Assembly: GCA_002269645.1 (NCBI GenBank)
Contig: NIVC01001783.1
Span: 124,001-188,000, forward strand
Reading direction: 5' to 3'
Length of the DNA stretch: 64,000 nucleotides
Origin: Macrostomum lignano
Taxonomy: Eukaryota
The position numbers were made by a program, and so were the translations under genes. Below are positions 13,201 to 23,700 of this stretch, one piece after another (position 1 is the stretch's first letter; each line of letters begins with the position of its first letter). The notes under the pieces are model-generated. The model saw only the letters and a list, made by a program, of their open reading frames with translations, searched no databases and was not told where the DNA came from.

Positions 13201-15188
13201 TGAAATAGTTTATGAACCGACTTTTCTAACTAGGGGGGTTGCAGCCTAGCTAGTGGTTAGAGCGTCGGCTCCCGACTGAAAGGTCGGGGGTTCGATTCAG
13301 TTCACCAGCTGTAAAATGGGTGCCAGCATTAGCTGGGGTGGTAATTGAGGCTGTGTGTGGCGACCCTCCAGTCCTTGGACTGAACAGCCTTAAGCAGCCT
13401 TCAGATGCGCTGCGCAATAGCTGCGGCTGAGCTGTCGGTTGCACATCTGGCCCAATAGGGGAAGGTGTAATAACCAACAAATTTTATTATTAGTTTAGAC
13501 AATCTGTTTAAACTTAAGATGTAGGTATAACCTTAATAATATGGGTTCATGGTAAACTTAAAATTAGATAGATAAGACTCTCTGAAATCTATTTATTCCA
13601 TTTTGAAAATGTTAAATAGATTTGGTATTTTTTTAAAGATCCAAGAATATTTGAAGAAATTTTCTGCGATTATTTGTTTAGAAATAACTCAGATCTCTCT
13701 CCAAATGATCAGAAATGCATTCGGGCTATGCTTGAGAATTTAAGTCTAAAAACGAAGTTAAATAATCTGATATTCCATTCAATATTCAATTTCGGGAATT
13801 TAATTTTCGTAAACGTTCAGTCGTCATTTTTTAAAAACTTTGGGAATCCCCCTCTAAAAAGTTCAAGAGTCCCTCTCCAAACAGTTCAGGAATCCCTCTC
13901 CAAAAAATGTAGGAATCCCTCTCCAAACAGTTCAGGAATCCCTCTCCAAAAAATGTAGGAATCCCTCTCCAAACAGTTCAGGAATCCCTCTCCAAAAATG
14001 TAGGAATCCCTCTCCAAACAGTTCAGGAATCCCTCTCCAAAAAGTTCAGGAATCCCTCTCCAAAAAATGTAGGAATCCCTCTCCAAACAGTTAAGGAATC
14101 CCTCTCCAAAAAGTGTAGGAATCCCTCTCCAAACAGTTCAGGAATCCCTCTCCAAAAAATGTAGGAATCCCTCTCCAAACAGTTCAGGAATCCCTCTCCA
14201 AAAAATGTAGGAATCCCTCTCCAAAAAGTTCAGGAATCCCTCTCCAAAAAATGTAGGAATCCCTCTCCAAACAGTTCAGGAATCCCTCTCCAAAAAATGT
14301 AGGAATCCCTCTCCAAACAGTTCAGGAATCCCTCTCCAAAAAATGTAGGAATCCCTCTCCAAACAGTTCAGGAATCCCTCTCCAAAAAATGTAGGAATCC
14401 CTCTCCAAACAGTTAAGGAATCCCTCTCCAAACAGTTAAGGAATCCCTCTCCAAACAGTTCAGGAATCCCTCTCCAAAAAGTGTAGGAATCCCTCTCCAA
14501 ACAGTTCAGGAATCCCTCTCCAAAAATGTAGGAATCCCACTCCAAACAGTTCAGGAATCCCTCTCCAAAAAGTTCAGGAATCCCTCTCCAAACAGTTAAG
14601 GAATCCCTCTCCAAAAAATGTAGGAATCCCTCTCCAAACAGTTAAGGAATCCCTCTCCAAACAGTTCAGGAATCCCTCTCCAAAAAGTGTAGGAATCCTT
14701 CTCCAAACAGTTCAGGAATCCCTCTCCAAAAATGTAGGAATCCCTCTCCAAACAGTTCAGGAATCCCTCTCCAAAAAGTGTAGGAATCCCTCTCCAAACA
14801 GTTCAGGAATCCCTCTCCAAAAAATGTAGGAATCCCTCTCCAAACAGTTCAGGAATCCCTCTCCAAAAAGTTTGGTAGTCCATTTCAAATCGCTAACCTT
14901 GTCATCCATTACCAGCCTGCCAAGGTACAACTGCAGTCCGGGGCACAGCCGACTCTTGTCCGCCTGCCGCTTAGGTCCGTAGGCGATATTCACAAACGTA
15001 GCACCTTTGAGCCGTTTGACGCACTGAAAGGCCACGTGGAACGGGTCCAAAAATCCAGGCTTGACGCCCCACCGTTCGGCGTAGGATTTGGCGTCAGTCG
15101 CAGCCGACATTGACACATTAGGAAATTGCCAGGCGCAGAAGGCCGATCCGGCCTTAGCGCAGTGCTCGGGCAGACTCTTGCCAGACAT
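10300..15188 (-). CDS. Uncharacterised protein (~400 aa; helical core, charged Ala/Glu/Lys-rich C-terminus)
   Basis: Exons 11315-10809 (acceptor CTGCAG, donor GTAAGC) and 10704-10300 (acceptor AATCAG) join in frame (...ITINPQ|VNDSYLKRK...). Putative first exon 15188-14898 (MSGKSLPEHC...LVMDDK, donor GTTAGC, phase 0) is compatible, but its linkage is tentative. The 3' end may instead splice at GTATGT 10340. Confidence 0.55.
12117..12674 (+). CDS. Acidic 185-aa ORF containing six 68-bp tandem repeats; coding status doubtful
   Basis: ATG 12117 to TAG 12674 is open through the array, with unique acidic flanks (MDAIDIEDDEILE...; ...FDFCHISDSFTEENLK). It lies antisense within the putative intron of the 10300-15188 gene. 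Confidence 0.3.
   Translation: MDAIDIEDDEILEEDGESFVTAEDAPGEPVQAGQVWRMERVLSQRRTLLENQFRQVKCGGWREFCHSGGRSWRTSSGRSSVEDGESFVTAEDAPGEPVQASQVWRMERVLSQRRTLLENQFRPVKCGGWREFCHSGGRSWRTSSGQSSVEDGFGMHSASSLDVSLERTLFDFCHISDSFTEENLK
12155..12571. repeat. 68-bp tandem repeat, 6 full copies plus 9 nt
   Basis: Copies start at 12155, 12223, 12291, 12359, 12427 and 12495, with a partial at 12563. Copies 1-3 carry CAGGCAGG and copies 4-6 carry CAGGCCAG. Confidence 0.97.
13235..13480 (+). mobile_element. tRNA-derived SINE family 1 (CORE-like), copy with internal deletion
   Basis: A-box-like TAGCTAGTGGTTAGAGCG and B-box GGTTCGATTC, then CAGCTGTAAAATGGGTGCCAGC. Body matches the copies at 16641-16931 and 28118-28300. 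Confidence 0.8.
13843..14870. repeat. 23/24-bp minisatellite (GGAATCCCTCTCCAAA + CAGTTCA or AAAATGTA)n
   Basis: About 43 units of alternating variants, ending about 27 nt from donor 14897. Confidence 0.95.
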
Positions 15189-15530
15189 TGCTCGTTCGGC
15201 TTGTTTCTTGTTTGTCTTTACTGCTCCCGCAAAACGAACGAAAAGCAAGAGCTTAGGAATGCTGCGACCTCGGGTTGCTCATTTTCTCCTCACTTAATAG
15301 AATAGGACAGAAGTGCTCTAATCATGCAGGGACTGGTCTACTGTCTATGGCCAAGGCATCGAGTTCATGGAAGCCTTGGAATTAATCCTATAAGTCGACC
15401 ATAGTGGTAGTCTGAGGGGTAGAAAAGTGGGGTAGAGATTAAAGGGGTAACAGCCCACAGGCGGCTGCTCAGAAAATCGATAAGCCTCGCACACAGGCGG
15501 CAATAAAATAACTAACTAGGAAAGTAGGGT

Positions 15531-15659
15531 GGGGCAGCTGGGGCTTGGGGCAGCTGGGGCTTGGGGCAGCTGGGGCTTGGGGCAGCTGGGGCTTGGGGCA
15601 GCTGGGGCTTGGGGCAGCTGGGGCTTGGGGCAGCTGGGGCTTGGGGCAGCTGGGGCTTG
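15531..15659. repeat. 16-bp G-rich repeat (GGGGCAGCTGGGGCTT)n
   Basis: About 8 perfect copies, flanked by related AAAATCGATAA...CACAGGCGGCAAT segments near 15473, 15675 and 15815. Confidence 0.93.
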
Positions 15660-16349
15660 GTCGGTTTGCTCGTAAAAATCGATAAAAACGCTCACAGGCG
15701 GCAATCAACCCCAGACTAACCATTACTACAGTAAACTCGCGGTTAATTTGGATTTGTGGGGTAGAAAAGTGGGGTGGGTGTTGGGGCTCGGGGCTTGGCC
15801 GATTTGCTTGTAAAAAATCGATAAAAACGCTCACAGGCGGCAATAGGAAAGTGGGATTAGGGAGTTAAAGTTTCACTGGCTGTACAGTTCAGATAATCGA
15901 TAAAACTCCTCACCAACCTCACACAAGCAGACGCAGAAGTGCCCCCCATGGGCCAAAATGCCCCAAAGCCCGAGTCCAAGGTCGCCACTTCATAAGACCG
16001 AAATTTCACAACGCCGAAACATGTTATAGCACAAGACCGAAATATTCATTTTACACTTAAAGATCGTATAGCGCATACGAAGTAAAACTAATCGGCATCG
16101 GCAACAATTTTTATTTCGTTCTGCATTGTTGTTTTGATTATTGCTTGAATTTATTTTTGATCCCATCATACTACTTATTATTTGGTGTCGCATATATTCA
16201 ACAAGTCAAAGTTTGAATAGGGCGCTCAGCTATATGTACGGTGCCAATGGGAAAATCGCCATACATTTACCCGGTAAGTCTTAAGTACGCTCACGACAGC
16301 AAATTGAGATCAAGCCATCAAGGGCTTCTCTTATATTATAAGTGCACAC

Positions 16350-16523
16350 TGTTGTGAATGTGCATGCTCAGTACTACTATGTAATGTACGCGCACTGATG
16401 TACATCTACGCGCTTGTATCATCATAATATATATTGGCTAGCTCACTATATAACTGAGAGCTACCTCTCCTCCCCTTCGTCTCAAGTGAAGTGACTTTAT
16501 TCATTTGGCCAGCGGCCACAACA
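16350..16523 (-). mobile_element. Solo LTR
   Basis: Terminal inverted TGTTGTG...CACAACA with 5-bp TSD CACAC (16345-16349 / 16524-16528). TATA-like and AATAAA motifs lie on the minus strand. Confidence 0.75.
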
Positions 16524-16640
16524 CACACCGGCACACGCTTGGGTCAAAATTGCTTATCTACTGGAAACGGTAAAGTTTTCGATCTTACGATTTTTCTATG
16601 CTCTGACTTTTCGTTCTAGAAATATTTCGGTCTTGTAATA

Positions 16641-16931
16641 ATAATAGCAACAATAATAATGGGCAGATGTGCAACCGACAGCTCAGCCGCAGCTATTGCG
16701 CAGCGCATCTAAAGGCTGCGTACGGCTGTTCAGTCCAAGGACTGGGGGGTCCCTACACACACCCTCAATCACCCCAGCTAATGCTGGCACCCATTTTACA
16801 GCTGTTTGAACTGAAGCAATGCAGAGTTAGGTGTCTTGCTCAAGGACACAAATTGGTCCGAGTAGGTCGAGAATCGAACCCCCGACCTTTCAGTCGCGAG
16901 TCTGATGCTCCAACCGCTAAGGCTGCAGCCC
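16641..16931 (-). mobile_element. tRNA-derived SINE family 1 (CORE-like), full length
   Basis: On the minus strand: GGGCTGCAGCC head, B-box GGTTCGATTC, TGTCCTTGAGCAAGACACCTAACTC...CAGCTGTAAAATGGG core and a (TTA)-rich tail. 15-bp TSD TTCGGTCTTGTAATA at 16626-16640 and 16932-16946. Confidence 0.88.
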
Positions 16932-17384
16932 TTCGGTCTTGTAATATCATCTATTGTTTACTATAGAATCTAGAAGAGATTTCCCGGAGATTGAAAAACA
17001 TGTCTAACTAAGCATCTCTCGTATTTAAAGAGAGCCCAATCAGAGGCATGGACGGGCTGTCTCTCTAGCTAAACGAAATCTCTCCACTTGTTATGAGAGC
17101 CAATCAGACGCGAGAATTGACTGTACCGGGTTTGAAAACTGGAAAAGGGGGGAGATTGTGAAACAAGCTTTTAAAAAATTCAGGATTCTATTATGATCAC
17201 TCCCATGAACAGGTCTTAATCCTCTCTCTCGAGCTGCAAAGTCTAGAAGAAGCGAGTTTGGGTAAAAAAAGTAAGTGCGAATGCCTATGTTTTGACTTTT
17301 AATTCTAATTTACAATATATCCTTGCTACTACACAGCATTCTAGAAAGCCAAAAATATCCTAAAGAGCCAACAGTTCATGAAAA

Positions 17385-17695
17385 ATCCAAAAAACCTAGC
17401 AGTCCTTGAACAATCCTAGAAACCTAGCAAACCACGGACAATCCCAGAAACCTAGCAGTCCATGAACAATTCTAGAAACCTAGCAGTCCATGAACAATTC
17501 TAGAAACCTAGCAGTCCATGAGCAATCCTAGAAACCTAGCAGTCAATGAACAATTTTAGAAACCTAGCAGTCCATGAACAATTCTAGAAACCTAGCAGTC
17601 CATGAACAATCCTAGAAACCTAGCAGTCCATGAACAATCCTAGAAACTTAGCAGTCCATGAACAATCCTACCCGGTAGAAACCTAGCAGTCCACA
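17385..17695. repeat. 28-bp minisatellite (GAAACCTAGCAGTCCATGAACAATCCTA)n
   Basis: About 10 copies ending roughly 20 nt before acceptor AG 17715-17716. Confidence 0.92.
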
Positions 17696-17717
17696 AACAA
17701 TTGACACCATCATCAGG

Positions 17718-20700
17718 ATGTTGTCATCAGGTGCGACGCCTCAAGAAGCCAGCCGACCTCGTCGGGTGTCTATGCCAATGACAGCCGTCGGTATCAAGGA
17801 GGTGCCATTCGTGATCCCCAGACTGAGCCGCCACCTGACTGAGCGACACCGCATCGGACGAATCGATCCCAGCCTCTACCTGAACTTCGATGAAGACGAA
17901 CTGTACGAAGTCACCGACGATCACATTGGCCGATTGTGGTTCCGGGTTCGATTCTTAATGAAGGAAGCTAAGCTGGAAGTCGTGGTGTTGAAAGCTAGAA
18001 ATTTATACAACAAAGCCAGACGGTTCTGCGATCAGGCCTGCTCGGTGAGCTTCGCCGTTGAGCTGCCGCCATTGTGCAACCGGGTCAACCACACTCGGCT
18101 GAGGAAGAACAACCGCAACCCGGATGTGAACGAGACGTTCTTGTTTGATGTGAGCGCCGCCTTAATTTGAAACAACCCGAAACTGGTTCAGAAATGAGCA
18201 ATCTTCTACCTGTCAAGTCATTGAGTCGGTCAAGTCAAGTTGAAAAAAAGTGTCAGTCAAGAGTCACTAAAGCGGCAGTAAACGTGTTATAAATTTGCCA
18301 GTAAGGTATCCACCCGTATGGGGGCCGTAGTCCAGTGGTCCAGCGGCTTTCTCATGTGCCAACGGCCCACGCTCGATTCCAAGTGCAGACGAAGTTTAAT
18401 TGGCCTGCCAGTGCAACTAACGTCCTTAAGGCCAAACCCCAAGGCTTAGTGAAGTGTACATGCCTAGCGGTAAATAAATTTAGGGCTGCTGTACACTCCT
18501 GTATGAGTGTGTGCCTGCGTATGACTGCGTACGTATCCGCGCGCTTGTGTACCTGCTCAGGGGAGTCTGGGGAATGGGCAGTAATGCCTCTCGCCGGTTG
18601 TGTGACAATGTCGGTTAAACTGCGCCAGGGTGCACACAACCCCATTGCCCTTTTCATCCGTTTCCGTATGGATCTGTTGAAAGTACCATATAATTTACTT
18701 AAGAACTTTACTTTACAAAGAAGCGTCATTTAAGTAGCCGCAATATTATTCGATTCTGAAGGCAAACAACATTTCTGTTGAAAATCAATTCAAAGGGAAC
18801 AAACTAAGCTGCTGGTTTTTCCTCTCAAAAAATCGGGCGAAAAGGGGGCGGGACAAGCGGCGGAGTAGTCACGATCCATCATCATCATCTCAGTCTCGTG
18901 TGTCCAACCTGAGCCAACGGAGCCGACACTGAAACTTGACTTGCACGCAAGCTGCTTCTGCTGCTGCTGAAATACGAATCGGTTTGGCTGAAGGGTGCCT
19001 GGATTGACAAGTATAAGAAAGTCTTTCATTTTAATATAAATCAGGATTGACTTCGCTTAGGTCTGTAAATTAAGGTGAATATTAATTGCCCGAAAAGTGT
19101 ATTGGGTACGAACAAGCTAAAATCTTAATCCCCTGCAGAAGCTTCGTCTTTAAAAATGGGTTCTCTGATTTTAAATCAAACTTAACCGTTCTCCCCTCTG
19201 CTCGATTCGGTGAGTTCGGCCACGTTAATTAAAATCTGAGCTTAAAGCTTGTCAGACACTTGTAGCTGATGCCAACCCCACTTAAGGCTCTCTGGTTGCG
19301 GTTTGACTGTTGCTAAAGAGCCGCCGACGGCGCAACAGGTAGCTTGGACGGACCAGTCAATCATTATAATTATTTGAATCATTTATTTGAATCCTTCAAA
19401 TAGGGTTTACCTAAACTAAAATTCTTTCATATTAAAAACTGCAATACATTAGGATAAACAGATGCATGGTCGGATACGAGCATAAGAGAATTCTGTCTCG
19501 TCATTTTCAGAAGATTTTGAACGTTTGAGCAAATCAGATCAGGGTTCCTTTCAATTCAATCCAATTCCCAATCCAATCCAATCCATCCCAATTCAACTCA
19601 ATCAAAGCTAATCCAACCCAATCCAATCTAATCCAACCCAATCCAATCCAATCCAATGCAATCCAATCCAAATTAATCCAACCCAATCCAATCCAACCCA
19701 ATCCAATCCAATCCATCCCAATTCAACTCAATCAAAGCTGATCCAACCCAATCCAACCCAATCCAACCCAATCCAATCCAATCCAATGCAATCCAATCCA
19801 AATTAATCCAACCCAATCCAATCCAACCCAATCCAATCCAATCCATCCCAATTCAACCCAATCAAATCTAATCCAACCCAATCCAACCCAATCCAACCCA
19901 ATCCAACCCAATCCAATCCAATCCAACCCAATCCAATCCAATCCAATCCAACCCAATCCAACCCAATCCAATCTAACCCAATCCAACCCAATCCAATCTA
20001 ACCCAATCCAACCCAATCCAACCCAATCCAATCCAACCCAATCCAACCCAATCCAACCCAATCCAATCCCAATCCAATCCAACCCAATCCAACCCAATCC
20101 AATCCAACCCAATCCAATCCAATCCAATCCAACCCAATCCAACCCAATCCAATCTAACCCAATCCAACCCAATCCAACCCAATCCAATCCAACCCGATCC
20201 AATCCAATCCAATGCAATCCAATCTAATCTAATCCAATACAATCATCCAACCAACTTCAGATGGACCAGGCATTCCTAAAAAAGTGCAGCCTGCACTTTG
20301 TAGCCAAGGACACCCTGCCAGGCGGTCAGCAGAAGACCCTGGGCCATGCCGTGTTCTCAATGCGCGAGCTCGGACTCAGCAGAGCGGAGGCCGGGGTGCC
20401 GGTCACCGTCTGGCGAGACCTGAGCCCCGCCCGGCGTCGGCTGGTCAGCGACTTCGCCACGGCTACGCTGGAGAGCGTCGGACTGCTGCACCTGTCCTGC
20501 GCCTACCATGAGAATCTGGAACGGCTGGTGATCACTCTGAATGAGACTAGGGCGATTAAGGACTGCCAGAACAGGGGTGAGCATTTTGAGCAGGGTTTGT
20601 TGATTATATAAACGGGTAGGACAAACCTAAACCTGGAACCCTAAGCTAGTTTCTCAACTCTAGCCCCTAAGCTTAACCTTAGTCGAATTCAAATCAAAAC

Positions 20701-23700
20701 CCTAATCAAAACCCTAATCTAACCCCCAATCAAAACCATATTCAAAACAAAACCCTAATCAAAACCCTAATCAAAACCCTAATCGAAACCTAATCAAAAC
20801 CCTAATCAAAATTCTAACCAAAACTCTAATCAAAACCCTAATCAAAACCCTAATCTAACCCCCTAGTCAAAACCTGTAGTGACTGACGCGAGAGACAGAA
20901 GTTTAGATGAACCAAAAGCTTACGGCCCCGACTTGGGCGTGGGGTGCTACCTGGTATTATATATTTGAGCTCAAAGCTCTGTAATCGATTGCTCTAGAGT
21001 AGGTGTACATCTATGATGCAATGTACACAGGAGTTAAAATCAACGTGCCGAGAAAGGGGGGGGGGCAGAGTACAACATCTTTCCCCTTCGCGGAGATTAA
21101 CGGATTAAAATCGGATTTAAAAAAATGAATGTCATGCGCAAAAAAAAGCAAAAAGAGGTTTACAGGTTCGTCAGTTTTGCACGAAAAAAATCAGGTCCTA
21201 TAATTGGGATGCGGTAGTTTGCAGCTTCTTGGATGCGGACGGTTCGCGATTGGCAGCTCCCCCGCACCGGCTGCGGCCGGCGGCTCCGCGGGTGCCGAAG
21301 CGGCCGTCGGGTCGCCTTCTGGACCGCCGGTCTCGTCTGGTCCGTCTCCTGTTGGCCGCTCTGGCAGTCGCTTAACGTCGCTGGCGTGGCGCATGCAGTT
21401 GCTGCCGCCCGTGCTCTCCAGGATGACAGAATCGCCTTTGACCTCCGTGACTGTCCAAGGCTGAATTTCAAATGGCGTGTCCGTTTTCGATGGCTGGATT
21501 TTTCTGCGGAGGACTTTATCGCCAGCTTGGATGCGATGCTCTGCGGCTGATCTTGTCGCGTCGGCGTAGTGCTTCATGGCGGCTTTGTACTGACGGTCTC
21601 TGTTCCTGACCGTCTTTGCTGCAGCCTGCGGCTTGACTCCTGGAATGCAGTCTTGGACTGGTCTCCCGAACATCAGGTCGGCTGGGGCGACTCCTGTGGC
21701 CGTGTGCGGAGTGCTGCGGTACGCGGCGAGCCACTCCTGCAATGCCGTCCTCCAGTCGGTTCCTTGGGCGTTGGAGATGCGGAGCTGCTTGTTCAGGGAC
21801 CTGTTGATTCGCTCGGTAATGCCTAATCAAAATCCCTAATCAAAACCTTAATCTAACCCCCTAATCAAAACCCCAATCAAAGCCCTAATCAAAACCCTAA
21901 TCAAAAGCCTAATCAAAAGCCTAATCGAAAGCCTAATCAAAAGCCTAATCAAAACCCTAATCTAACCCCCTAATCAAAAACCTAATCAAAACCCTAATCA
22001 AAAGCCTAATCAAAAGCCTAATCGAAACCCTAATCCGAAAGAACTTTAATAAAGCCCTCTTAACCCCAAACCTAACCTGAAGCTGAGTCCTAAGCGTTAA
22101 AAAATTTTTAGACCTTTTAAATTTCCGTTTATCAATGATCTCATCGATAGATTTTCGTAATTAAAAATAAATGAATTATTAATTAATAAATGACCTAAAA
22201 TGCAATTCACACCGGATGCACACACAATTCGCGAATGAATTTTCTGTATTAATTCATTCTCAACATTTTCCAACTATAAATTCATGCCTCAGGCAATCCT
22301 AATGTGACGCGACCCTTCTTGTTCGGTGCTGACGGCTATGCACTTATCAATAAATGAGTCTACGTAGCAAGAAAGCTTAGAATTTTAACTTCGACTGATT
22401 GTATTTGACCGTATTATATTATTTATTTGAAGACAGGAGTTAACTGTTGCTGTTAAATTATTGGTAGTAAGTACTAAGTATGGCGAATAGGCACAACGCG
22501 GCGGACAAACCAACAGCACACACGAGCCCAGCGAGACAAGAAACACTAGAGAACAAAAATGCGAAATAACCCACTTTTAAATAATGCAATACCCGTATTT
22601 CTATGAATGATACAGTAAAACAAATTTTATGTATAAATATAGAATAAATTTAAGATTCGTTTAATAAATAGTAGCTAGAGTAATAATATAATACTCAAAA
22701 GGCATTAATAACACTAGAATATTTTCAGAAATAAATATCAACATCGTTCCACTAATATACAGAAAAATTTATTTGCGTTTGTATTCGAATATTTGACCTT
22801 ACTTCTCTCATCCCGTTTCCCTGTCTCTGTCCACAATGATTGTTTTCTCTCCAACACCTGGCTCTCCGCTTTATAGATGGATCTACAGTAAGAGCACCAG
22901 GTGCCAGAGGCACGGGTATAATTAGATGGGCTGTTTTTCTTATCTTAATTTTGCCCCCTGACTAAAAATTAAGATGATTGTTGTTTTTGATCGAATTATT
23001 GAAAATTACTACTCGAATAGGTTAAATAACAGTTTTGCTAAGAGTTCAAAAACAAAAACAAAAAAAGTTGTCACAAGGAGCAGAAACCAGCTGGCACTGG
23101 GAGCTAAATTCAGGTTGTCACTGGTGTAGTAACTGAGACAGAGGCCGTGTTTGCTGTGTAGCCGAAACTCTTTCACTCTCGCCGCGCTGGGCACACGTCT
23201 ATATATTTAGAGCTAGAATTGGGGTGGCGGCACCCACCCCGCTCTGCAGCCAATCAGACCGCCCGGGCGTACGTTGGGCTAAGATACCGTGCGTACGCAC
23301 ACTACATCTCTCCCCCTTCGAATAGAAACTGCGAGAGAAAAAATCGATTTAAACTTAACTCGAAAATACAGAATTTGAAAGATTCACCGATGATGCGCAT
23401 TGAAAACGGAGATTAAAATATTGAGGAAATAAAAGACTTAAATCGAATGCCACAGCGAAAATATTAGAAAAAATCTTTAGTCCGCGTATTTCAGAAAAGA
23501 AAGTCAGTTAATTTCAGTCACTGGATTCAAAATTCAGTCCTTGTAGATTTTCACGCCGCCCCGAGCAGCGCGGGGATGCGGGCGCAGCGCCACCGGGGAG
23601 GCGGGTGGGTCTCGGGCCGCCTCACCTGGAGCTCTCGGTGCAGCGGTTTGCGGCTGGGCGACGGCGTCGGCCAAGTCGGGACTGACGACCTTGACCGCCG

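Noticed and set aside
13235-13310. tRNA genes at the A/B-box motifs (also near 6030, 16860-16931, 18321 and 28135)
   Set aside because: No complete cloverleaf. The motifs continue into shared SINE bodies or are isolated.
19534-20242. Long WIGLD-repeat ORFs, and similar ORFs at 2472-2822, 4879-5552, 13886-14614, 27768-28059, 35694-36435, 38497-39533, 39744-40571 and 61212-61721
   Set aside because: They are translations of stop-free minisatellites, open in several frames and mostly inside introns defined by phase-consistent exons.
20690-22040. True telomere or chromosome-fusion scar
   Set aside because: The unit is a 12-mer containing CCCTAA, not pure (TTAGGG)n. Both blocks have the same orientation and lie inside an intron.
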